From Sphaerochaetaceae bacterium (lineage in GTDB: Bacteria > Spirochaetota > Spirochaetia > Sphaerochaetales > Sphaerochaetaceae), in NCBI GenBank assembly GCA_041676265.1, contig JBAYSE010000001.1:1-33767 (forward strand): a stretch of 33,767 bases of DNA, in the 5' to 3' direction. Position 1 is the first letter of the stretch. Each line of letters opens with the position of its first letter. The position numbers and the translations under genes are program-made. Positions 7,910 to 16,073 of the stretch are shown here, in pieces. Under the pieces are notes generated by a model that ran no database searches, was not told the origin of the DNA, and worked only from the letters and a program-made list of their open reading frames with translations.

Positions 7910-9153
7910 AAACCATTAGGGAAATATTTGGCACTGAAATCCGTCAATACACTATGGTGATTGCATTAACTGTACTTATACTAGTCTTTAATATTGCGAC
8001 TAATGGGAAGGTTGTCACCCCTGCAAATTTTCAAAATCTGATCTCTGGAAACGCCTATGTCTTGATTTTAGCGATCGGCATGGTGATGGTAATCGTCATT
8101 GGGCAGATTGATTTGTCTGTTGGATCGGTAGCTGGATTTTCAGGAATGATATTAGCTCTAACTGCGCGAAATTTTAATTTGCCGACGTGGGTTGCCGTAA
8201 TCATTGGTCTTAGTGTCGGTGTTTTGATTGGAGCATGGCAGGGTTTTTGGCTGTCAAAATTCAATATTCCTGGATTTATAACAACATTAGGTGGATGGAT
8301 GATATTCCGTGGTGGTGTTATTTGGATTTCAGGATCCATATCTGTACCAGTTCCAGAAGGGCTTAAGTATATTGGCGCCGGTTATCTACCAGAATGGGGT
8401 CCAGCATTCACAGGTTTGAATAATTCAACATTGTTACTTGGATTATTGGCAATTGGAGCATTTGCTTGGTCAAAAATTTGGAAACGCAACCATACAGCTA
8501 AATTGTACGGCATTAAAGATGCCCTCTGGCCGGTTATAGTTCGAATAGTACTTATAAGTGTTGTTATCGGGTACCTGACGTGGCTTTTTGGTTCAGGCCG
8601 TACCGGTACATCTTTCCCCGTCCCTGGCCTTATACTCGTTGTCTTGGTAATCATTTATCACACAATAACCCAACGAACAACATTTGGCCGCCATATATAC
8701 GCAGTTGGTGGAAACAAGCGGTCCGCTGAATTATCGGGTGTGAATGTAAAGCGAACATATTTCCTCACGATGTTGAATATGTCTTTTTTAGCTGCTTTAG
8801 CGGGAATCATGTTTGTAGGCAGGTCAACGGCCGCGGGACCCTCTGATGGGACAGGATGGGAATTGGATGCAATTGCGTCAGTCTTTATCGGTGGTGCGGC
8901 AGTTTCCGGTGGTGTTGGTACTGTCCTGAATACGATTGTTGGTGGTTTGATGATAGCGGTCCTTAACAATGGACTCATGCTTATGGGAGTTGGAGCGGAC
9001 CAGACTCAGGTCATTAAAGGGTTGGTTCTTTTAGCTGCAGTTGTGTTTGATGTGTACAACAAGGAACATGGTCATGCTTCTATTTTTAGACGCTTGTTGC
9101 CGAAAAAGGAATCGGAAAAAGAAGATAGTCAACAAATTGCCAGTAGTTCCTAA
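7906..9153 (+). CDS. sugar ABC transporter permease (GguB/XylH/RbsC family)
   Basis: 415 aa with about 10 hydrophobic segments and the conserved segment FGRHIYAVGGNKRSAELSGVNV. Its ATG overlaps the ATPase stop as ATGA. Confidence 0.9.
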   Translation: MKTIREIFGTEIRQYTMVIALTVLILVFNIATNGKVVTPANFQNLISGNAYVLILAIGMVMVIVIGQIDLSVGSVAGFSGMILALTARNFNLPTWVAVIIGLSVGVLIGAWQGFWLSKFNIPGFITTLGGWMIFRGGVIWISGSISVPVPEGLKYIGAGYLPEWGPAFTGLNNSTLLLGLLAIGAFAWSKIWKRNHTAKLYGIKDALWPVIVRIVLISVVIGYLTWLFGSGRTGTSFPVPGLILVVLVIIYHTITQRTTFGRHIYAVGGNKRSAELSGVNVKRTYFLTMLNMSFLAALAGIMFVGRSTAAGPSDGTGWELDAIASVFIGGAAVSGGVGTVLNTIVGGLMIAVLNNGLMLMGVGADQTQVIKGLVLLAAVVFDVYNKEHGHASIFRRLLPKKESEKEDSQQIASSS

Positions 9154-9343
9154 TAATACTCTAGCTCTCACATCGCACTAGATTGTGGTAATTATCTTGG
9201 CTGTGCGTGTTGCGGTTTGTATTGCCTATTTCTCTGCGTTAGCCGGCGACTTACGGGAAGAGTTCATAGCCAGAACCAGCTAGGTATTTTCAGGCTTATA
9301 TATCATCTTTCTTTGATTCCAGTAAGCAATCAAAAATCAAACG

Positions 9344-9358
9344 TTTTTTGGGGGGGGG
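9344..9358 (+). repeat. homopolymer tract T6G9
   Basis: TTTTTTGGGGGGGGG. The G run spans 9350-9358, in the intergenic region about 80 nt upstream of the GRE promoter. Confidence 0.9.
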
Positions 9359-9415
9359 CATGTATATGAAAGGGTTCAAAATATGAATTCATAAAAATGC
9401 AAAACAACTTAAATT

Positions 9416-9425
9416 AGTGCAAAAT
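9416..9425 (+). promoter_or_regulatory. AGTGCAAAAT motif copy 3 (candidate operator abutting the GRE promoter)
   Basis: AAATTAGTGCAAAATAGTGT lies 15 nt upstream of the -35 box. A degenerate copy, ATGCAAAAC, is at 9397-9405. Confidence 0.35.
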
Positions 9426-9439
9426 AGTGTTATATATAA

Positions 9440-9467
9440 TTGAATTTAATTGGAAATATGTTACAAT
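9440..9467 (+). promoter_or_regulatory. sigma70-type promoter with extended -10 for the GRE operon
   Basis: TTGAAT (9440-9445), 16-nt spacer, TGtTACAAT (9459-9467), about 60 nt upstream of ATG 9529. A perfect TATAAT at 9435-9440 is an alternative -10 with a poorer -35. Confidence 0.55.
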
Positions 9468-9528
9468 GACCTAGGAATTGGGAAAATAATTTATAATTTG
9501 TCGGATTACATATTTAGGAGAATACAAG

Positions 9529-11814
9529 ATGAACAAAAGACTTGATTTCCTTAAGAAACAGTTATTCAGCGATTTTTTCAAAAAGAAGGATTGGTGGGGA
9601 GATGATTTGTCGATTTTCGATGATAATCCTGACTTGGTTACTGAGCCAATTATATATAGAAAAGCTGTTGCTTTTGAAAAAGTATGCAAAGAGATGCCCC
9701 TTGATTTAAAACCTCAGGAGCTCATCGTAGGTGTTCCCACAATGTCATCCGTAGGTTTTGGTCATACTTTTCCCAAGTATGAGACTGACGAAGAAGCTGA
9801 TAAATTCGAAAAACTTTCCTTGAATAGAAAATCAGTTTGGGGACACCATATGCCCTATTATCCCAAAATCTTGCAGATTGGAATTGATGGCGTGATACAA
9901 GAAGTAAAGGCCGCGCGGGATGCTTTGGCTGGCTCAGATCTAAAAAAAGATGATTTTTATAGGTCGGTTCTCTATACACTGGAATCGGCTAAACTTGTTC
10001 CCCAACGATATGTAACGTTTCTCGAGAATGAAATTAAGGATGAAGCAAATCCGGAAAGAAAGCAAGAATTAGAGCAAATTATCGATATATGTAAAAAAGT
10101 CCCGGCGGGACCTGCGGAAAGCTTTCAGGAAGCACTCCAGAGTGTTTGGTTCATACATCTGATTCTCCATAGTACGCTTTCTTATACCCCTCTTGGCAGA
10201 GTGGATCAGTATTTATGGCCCTATTATAAAGCTGATATTGATTCAGGCGCTATAACCAAAGAATATGCTAGAGAATTGCTTGGATCCTTTTTTATTAAAT
10301 TTAATGAGAGAACTCAATTTTTACAGGAGCACATGGAGAATCACCTTACAGACTATGACTGGTCTCAAGGTGGTGGCAAAAATGAATCTGCTGCGCACTT
10401 CAATATGGAAAATGATGCAGATTATACATATGGGCAGTCTGCTAATCACTGGCTCCAAAGTGCAACAGTCGGTGGATATGGCCCTGATGGTAAAGATGCG
10501 ACCAATGAATTGAGCGAAATGATTCTTGAGGTGATCAATTATCTTGAGTTGATTTCGCCTATGCTCACAGCTCGAGTTCATTCTGAATCTCCAGAAAGTT
10601 ATCTCACGGTAATTGCGGAAGAACTTACTAAGGGTGGAGCCCAACCAACCATATTCAACGATGAGGTAATACTTAAAGGGATGATTGAACGACTCAAGAT
10701 TCCCAAGGAAGATGCACTCGATTATTCATCCGATGGATGTTGGGAAGTTCTTGTCTATGGAAAAACTGAATATAATTATGGCCACATTGAAGTTCTTCCT
10801 GCAATGGAGGCTCTCATAAATAATGGAAAATCCTTGGTAACAGGCCATAAATTAGGAATTGATATTGGGGATGGCATCAAAGAGCTTGATACCTTTGACG
10901 CGTTCTTCAAAGCTTATATGGACCAGATAAAATACAGGGTCGATAGCGCTTTACGGAATAAGCTTGAATATTATGACTATGTCCATCAGATTGCACCTGA
11001 GCCATTTTTATCAGCCTTTGTTCCTGATTGCATCAGCAAAGGTTTGGATCTAACGAACAAGGGCGCCCGATACAGAATGTATGCTCTTTTTCCAACAGGA
11101 TTGTCACATGCTATAGACTCTTTGAATGCTGTGCGGGATGTTGTGTATGAGAAGCAAATGGTTGATTTGCCTACTTTCATCGATGCCGTCAAGAAGAATT
11201 GGGAAGGATACGAGGAGCTACGCCAGTATTGTTTTAACAAGACTCCCAAATATGGTAATGATACGGAGAAAGGCGATGACCTAATGGTGAGATTCTTGGA
11301 TGATTTCTGTAAATATACCGACTACTGGAATAGCCAGATTGACTGGATGCACATCACTGCAGGAGTCTCAACGTTCGAAAACTTCCCCCGTTTCGGGAAT
11401 AATGCATGGGCTTCTTTCGATGGACGCTTTGCCAGAGAAACTGTTTCAAGTAATTACTCTCCTTCTTTTGGACAAGATAAAAATGGGCCGACTGCAGTTG
11501 TCCTATCTTCAATAAAATTTGATCTTTCACGATTGGACAACGGATGTCCCATTGATATGCGTATAAGTTTTAACAAAGGAACCAAAGAGGAGAATGCCAG
11601 TCTACTGAAGAATTTCATAAAAGGGTTCATTCAAGTGGGCGGTAATATCGTTACCATTACGAGGGTTGATTTAGAAACTTTGAGGAAAGCACAGAAAGAA
11701 CCCGAGAAATACCTCTCTCTTAGAGTAAGATTGGGTGGATTAACAGTGTATTTCGTCCAGCTGGTCAAGAAACAGCAGGATGAATATATGCGTCGTACAC
11801 AACATGCAATGTAA
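9529..11814 (+). CDS. glycyl radical enzyme, PFL2/eliminase-like, substrate unknown
   Basis: 761 aa. The C-terminal glycyl-radical motif LRVRLGGLTVYF (Gly737) aligns with RVxG[YF]xxxF, 24 residues from the end. The thiyl loop is SSDGCWEVLV (Cys404, Glu406). AGGAG lies 8 nt upstream of the ATG, and an activase gene is immediately downstream. Confidence 0.9.
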   Translation: MNKRLDFLKKQLFSDFFKKKDWWGDDLSIFDDNPDLVTEPIIYRKAVAFEKVCKEMPLDLKPQELIVGVPTMSSVGFGHTFPKYETDEEADKFEKLSLNRKSVWGHHMPYYPKILQIGIDGVIQEVKAARDALAGSDLKKDDFYRSVLYTLESAKLVPQRYVTFLENEIKDEANPERKQELEQIIDICKKVPAGPAESFQEALQSVWFIHLILHSTLSYTPLGRVDQYLWPYYKADIDSGAITKEYARELLGSFFIKFNERTQFLQEHMENHLTDYDWSQGGGKNESAAHFNMENDADYTYGQSANHWLQSATVGGYGPDGKDATNELSEMILEVINYLELISPMLTARVHSESPESYLTVIAEELTKGGAQPTIFNDEVILKGMIERLKIPKEDALDYSSDGCWEVLVYGKTEYNYGHIEVLPAMEALINNGKSLVTGHKLGIDIGDGIKELDTFDAFFKAYMDQIKYRVDSALRNKLEYYDYVHQIAPEPFLSAFVPDCISKGLDLTNKGARYRMYALFPTGLSHAIDSLNAVRDVVYEKQMVDLPTFIDAVKKNWEGYEELRQYCFNKTPKYGNDTEKGDDLMVRFLDDFCKYTDYWNSQIDWMHITAGVSTFENFPRFGNNAWASFDGRFARETVSSNYSPSFGQDKNGPTAVVLSSIKFDLSRLDNGCPIDMRISFNKGTKEENASLLKNFIKGFIQVGGNIVTITRVDLETLRKAQKEPEKYLSLRVRLGGLTVYFVQLVKKQQDEYMRRTQHAM

Positions 11815-11837
11815 GTCTTCAGGAAAGGAAAAATTAA

Positions 11838-12758
11838 GTGACTAAACCCGATCTTGCGTTGAAAGGAATAGTATTTGATTTTCAACGATTCAGTACTCAT
11901 GATGGTCCTGGTATTCGTAGTATGGTTTTTTTAAAGGGATGCCCATTGCATTGTCCTTGGTGTGCGAACCCCGAATCCCAGAAGCTTGAGCCCCAGTTGG
12001 GGTTTTTTAAGAATAAATGCAGCGGTTGCAATGCATGTACCAATGTCTGCCCACAAGGTGAATATTTTCTGGAGCATGGGGACATTGATTGGGAAACTTG
12101 CATCAGTTGCTTCAAATGTGTAGATGTCTGCGTGTATGATGCACGGAAAGCTTACGGACAGTATCTATCAGTTGAAGAGGTGCTTAAAGAATTACTCAAA
12201 GATAAGCCATTTTTTAAAACTTCAGGTGGGGGGATAACTATAAGTGGAGGTGATGCCACTTTGCAGCATGAATTCACGTATAATATACTTCTGGCGTGTA
12301 GAGAGCAGAATGTGCATACAGCGGTTGAAACAAGTGGGTATGCCTCGAAAAAGATATGTAAAAAAATCGCTGAGCAAACTGATCTCTTGCTCTATGATAT
12401 CAAACATATGGATCCTGTCATTCACCAGAATACGATAGGTGTCTCTAATGAGATAATTCTTGAGAATGCGATTATGTCTGCTGAAATTGCTCCTGAAATG
12501 ATAATTAGATTCCCTTTGATTCCCGGCTTTAATGATACTGCTAAAAACATGACTGAAATGGGAGCATTTATCTCTAAGAAGCTTCCCAAGGTCCAACAAG
12601 TTGACATTCTGCCTTACCATTCAATGGGTGAGTCAAAGTGTATTGCTATCGGGAAAGAATATGGGTATCCCCAAGGAACGGATGTTACCAAAGAGAAAGA
12701 ACATGAAGCGCGACAGATTCTTGAGGAATTTGGATTGAGAGTTAGTATCGGCGGTTGA
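11838..12758 (+). CDS. glycyl-radical enzyme activating protein (radical SAM, two auxiliary ferredoxin-type clusters)
   Basis: 306 aa with a GTG start. The SAM-cluster motif is CPLHCPWC. Two CX2CX2CX3C motifs are present (CSGCNACTNVC, CISCFKCVDVC). The GGGITISGGD glycine-rich motif is also present, and the N-terminus FSTHDGPGIRS is typical of GRE activases. Confidence 0.92.
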   Translation: MTKPDLALKGIVFDFQRFSTHDGPGIRSMVFLKGCPLHCPWCANPESQKLEPQLGFFKNKCSGCNACTNVCPQGEYFLEHGDIDWETCISCFKCVDVCVYDARKAYGQYLSVEEVLKELLKDKPFFKTSGGGITISGGDATLQHEFTYNILLACREQNVHTAVETSGYASKKICKKIAEQTDLLLYDIKHMDPVIHQNTIGVSNEIILENAIMSAEIAPEMIIRFPLIPGFNDTAKNMTEMGAFISKKLPKVQQVDILPYHSMGESKCIAIGKEYGYPQGTDVTKEKEHEARQILEEFGLRVSIGG

Positions 12759-13071
12759 TTATCAGGATGGAGACGTCACAATATTTGCGCCATGCTCTTC
12801 ATTAGCTGCCACACAAACTGCTTTAGAGGTAGTGAGGATTTAACACTTTTTGCAGACTAGACTTTGCTTCGCAGTTCTTTTTTCATGACAACCCGCAACA
12901 CCCTTTCACCGTCCTGTTATTACCCATACAGGGCAAACAAAAAAAAGATATTTTTCGCGTTTGTAGGTAGCTGCTCTACTGAACATTTATTAAATTTTCA
13001 TTAGGTAAACTGCGTAACTATGGTTACACAGGGTAATGAATTAGAGTGTAGGGGGAAGTAGAGGGGTTGAG

Positions 13072-15186
13072 ATGAAAACTTTAAAACAATTAGTAGTATT
13101 GGGGTTAGTATTACTAATACTTTTGGGCCTTTTCATTAGTTGTAATGATGAACTTAGATTGGAAGAAATATGTAGTATTAGTGTGGAGGGCGTAGTTGTC
13201 GTTGGTGAGACTCTGACAGTTGAAGTGATGCCAAGCAGAGCACCAGTTTCTTATCAGTGGCTGAGAAGTAATAGTGCTGATGGCACATATGCCAATATTT
13301 CAGGGGCAACCAATAAGACTTACAAACTTGTTGAAGCCGACAAAGGGAAATGGATCAAAGTTGAAGTAAAAGGGACCGGGAACTTTACCGGAACTGAGTC
13401 AAAAATAGTTGGTCCGGTGACTCAGATTATTCAGATTATTAATGAGAGAAGTAGTAGAGCCTATGATACCATCCAAGAAGCTGTTGCTGAGGCAATTGCC
13501 GGCGATACTATTTTAGTTGGAACAGGGACTTATGTAGAAGAAGGACAAATTGTAATTGCTAAGAATCTAACCATTAAGGGAAATAGCAAAGAAGGCACAA
13601 TTATCAAGCCTAAACAGGACACCGGCAGTGATGGCGATGATCGTGGATGGATATTAGTAGAAGCGAATGTAGAATTTAATTTAAGTAATGTTACACTAGA
13701 TGGTGAAGGAAAGGCTATTTACCAGGCTGTTCGCTCTTATGGCACCGGTAGCGTAGATGACTCTATCATTAAAAATATAAAATGGACCGGTAACTATGGT
13801 GCAGGGCTTGTATTTATGGGCACTTCAAGTGATTTTACCGTAAGCAATACCCTCTTTGAAAATATTGATCGCAATGGAATTGTTGTTTATGGGACAGGGA
13901 TAACCGGCGGAACAATTGATAACAACCTATTTATTGGCAGAAATTCTGAGGCTGATCTTGAATATGGTATAGAAATTAGTGAAGGTGCAACCGATGTTGA
14001 AGTTAAGAATAATAAACTCAGAGGTTATGGCGGAGGTAATGATGATTATTCCTCTGCAGCCATATCGATTGTTAGCCGCCATGACACAACAGCTACAACT
14101 GTAACAATAACTAATAATGTCGTAAAAGAAAATTATATTGGTATAGCTATTGGCAATGTGTATGATAAAAAAATACCGCAAGTTACAGTTACTGATAATG
14201 AGTTTGAAAACAACACATATCATATTTTTGATGACCGACTTAACTGGGACAGTGATAATGGCGAATTATTGAATTCTATTATGGTAGATAATGAATTTGC
14301 TCCCGAAAGTGGAATAGGTGATGGAGTAATTAGAGCAACTAAAGAAGGTGACATACTCAATCTCAATCAAAACAGAAGAAAAATTTACAGTTCCATCCAA
14401 GAAGCTGTTAATAAGGCATATGCTTATGATGATATTTCAGTTAGTGCCGGAACGTATGAAGAAAATGTAACAATTGCAACCAACGGCTTGACCCTCAAAG
14501 GACCGAATGCCGGCATTCCGTACAACGGCGAAAGGGTTGATGAGGCAATTGTAGTAGGCAGCTTTAACTTAACAGGAGACAATATCACGATTGAGGGATT
14601 TACAATTGAGCATGGTGAATCCACACTGAATAATAAACGTGGTATCTATATTAATTCTATTGCTACTAAAAATAGTAAGATTGCCAATAATATTCTCGAT
14701 GGAGGCGATAAAGCTACAGACGGAATATTTGTTTCAGGTGAAGGAACGCTTATCGAAGGGAACAAAATTTTCGGAGGTTCTGGTAGTGGAAATGGTTTTT
14801 GGACTCAACCATCCGGAGACCTAACTGTTGAAGGCAATTCAGTAGAAGGTTATGGAAGTAGTATGTACTTCGACTCGGGCTCAACCGGTGATTTTGAAAT
14901 AATAATTAAAGATAACATTTTCAGCCCAAGTGAGGGGCATGGTATAAGTATTGAAGGTAATCCAAACTTTGACGGGTACACATTCAGTATAACAGGAAAC
15001 ACTTTTGAAGACACAGGTGCCACTAGTATAAGGGACCTTCATAGTGCCACGACAGCAAACCGAGATGGGAACTGGCGTGCTTCTATACTGGTTAATAATA
15101 CTATCCCAGAAGGGCATGTGTGGTACGATGATGGCCAAACACCACCACTCTGGCTTCTGGCAGAAAATCGGGATGATAATCCCTAA
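13072..15186 (+). CDS. putative surface lipoprotein with an Ig-like domain and two right-handed beta-helix (pectin-lyase-fold) modules
   Basis: 704 aa. The signal peptide with a loose lipobox is LLILLGLFISC. The Ig-like repeat is VSYQWLRSN...ISGATNKTYKLVEADKGKWIKVEVKG. PbH1-like turns recur (NNKLRG, ITNNVV, VTDNEF, IANNIL). The cap motif is duplicated (YDTIQEAV...GTGTYVEE and YSSIQEAV...SAGTYEEN). Confidence 0.75.
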   Translation: MKTLKQLVVLGLVLLILLGLFISCNDELRLEEICSISVEGVVVVGETLTVEVMPSRAPVSYQWLRSNSADGTYANISGATNKTYKLVEADKGKWIKVEVKGTGNFTGTESKIVGPVTQIIQIINERSSRAYDTIQEAVAEAIAGDTILVGTGTYVEEGQIVIAKNLTIKGNSKEGTIIKPKQDTGSDGDDRGWILVEANVEFNLSNVTLDGEGKAIYQAVRSYGTGSVDDSIIKNIKWTGNYGAGLVFMGTSSDFTVSNTLFENIDRNGIVVYGTGITGGTIDNNLFIGRNSEADLEYGIEISEGATDVEVKNNKLRGYGGGNDDYSSAAISIVSRHDTTATTVTITNNVVKENYIGIAIGNVYDKKIPQVTVTDNEFENNTYHIFDDRLNWDSDNGELLNSIMVDNEFAPESGIGDGVIRATKEGDILNLNQNRRKIYSSIQEAVNKAYAYDDISVSAGTYEENVTIATNGLTLKGPNAGIPYNGERVDEAIVVGSFNLTGDNITIEGFTIEHGESTLNNKRGIYINSIATKNSKIANNILDGGDKATDGIFVSGEGTLIEGNKIFGGSGSGNGFWTQPSGDLTVEGNSVEGYGSSMYFDSGSTGDFEIIIKDNIFSPSEGHGISIEGNPNFDGYTFSITGNTFEDTGATSIRDLHSATTANRDGNWRASILVNNTIPEGHVWYDDGQTPPLWLLAENRDDNP

Positions 15187-15301
15187 TAGGAGAAAACAAC
15201 CTCAACTACAAAGTATCTGCCAGCTTTACGCATCTGCTTGTTAGATTTGTCATAAGTACAGCTATTTATGGATTATTGGGCTTTCTAAATACCTTGTAAA
15301 G

Positions 15302-15416
15302 AAGAAAATTTGCTGACAATTAATAGAAATATTAATTTAAATGACATATGCTTGTAAGTATTTATATCTTTAATTATTTTATATACATCATTTTATAGAT
15401 TTCAGCAAATTTTCTT
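15302..15416. repeat. 15-bp perfect inverted repeat flanking an 85-bp AT-rich spacer
   Basis: AAGAAAATTTGCTGA (15302-15316) is the exact reverse complement of TCAGCAAATTTTCTT (15402-15416). Confidence 0.85.
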
Positions 15417-15436
15417 TAATATTTTAACTCATAGTA

Positions 15437-15465
15437 TTGACATAAGTGTGTAGTTTCTGTATATT
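15437..15465 (+). promoter_or_regulatory. near-consensus sigma70 promoter
   Basis: TTGACA (15437-15442), 17-nt spacer, TATATT (15460-15465), about 50 nt upstream of the 177-aa ORF. Confidence 0.65.
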
Positions 15466-15516
15466 ACACACGAGCTTCACTATTAGTGGAATGAATTCAA
15501 ATTTTGCAGAGTAAAT

Positions 15517-16050
15517 GTGATGAAAAAAGTGCTAATTATTTTAACAGCCATACTAATCACCGGAGTCCTGTTTGCCGTCGATATTGTCGATAGTACCGAC
15601 TTTTATATGTCAACTAAAATTGAAGAGAAAGGGGCAGTAAAGATTGGAGATAAGGGAAAAACATCAAATTCCGTGTCCACTTTTAATAGTATTGATTCAG
15701 TAGGAACCAGTGATGATCCTATTTTGTTTGATGATGACCGGTTAGAAGCAGAATTCACTGTTTACACCATGATAAACAAACAAGGCTCCTACTCTGTTGG
15801 TGTAAAGGCTTCTCCACTGAGTGCTACCGGCGTTAGCACTAAAATTAACTACACCGTGGCTTATGGTACATCGAGCACCGAAACTATTAACAGCGATAAT
15901 AAAACCTTTACAATTCTGTCGGGAACCAACTCCGGAGGGCTAATATTCCCCAAACAGGACTTTAAAATTACCCTAGACAATACAACCTACACAAATGCTT
16001 CGGCCGGTGAATATAGTACTTCTTGGACTATCGAGCTCACGAGCAATTAA
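15517..16050 (+). CDS. small secreted Ser/Thr-rich protein, hypothetical
   Basis: 177 aa, starting at GTG 15517 or ATG 15520. The signal peptide is MKKVLIILTAILITGVLFAVD. The C-terminal all-beta-looking tail SAGEYSTSWTIELTSN loosely resembles small fimbrial or DUF4402-type subunits, which is a guess. A strong terminator follows. Confidence 0.65.
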   Translation: MMKKVLIILTAILITGVLFAVDIVDSTDFYMSTKIEEKGAVKIGDKGKTSNSVSTFNSIDSVGTSDDPILFDDDRLEAEFTVYTMINKQGSYSVGVKASPLSATGVSTKINYTVAYGTSSTETINSDNKTFTILSGTNSGGLIFPKQDFKITLDNTTYTNASAGEYSTSWTIELTSN

Positions 16051-16073
16051 AATATTTAAAACCGAGAATAACT

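Noticed and set aside
9471-9689. 72-aa minus-strand ORF overlapping the GRE start and 5' UTR
   Set aside because: It is antisense to the RBS and N-terminus of a well-supported gene, with no RBS of its own, and it is AT-rich.
9529-12758. GRE as a propanediol/glycerol dehydratase of a microcompartment, or as pyruvate formate-lyase
   Set aside because: No shell protein, aldehyde dehydrogenase or phosphotransacylase genes are nearby. The thiyl loop has a single Cys (GCWE), not the PFL Cys-Cys pair, and the activase is the long ferredoxin-containing type.
15302-15465. Invertible (fimS-like) promoter switch
   Set aside because: The strong promoter (15437-15465) lies outside the inverted repeats, and no site-specific recombinase is encoded in the window. 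It is retained only as a low-probability alternative within the inverted-repeat finding.
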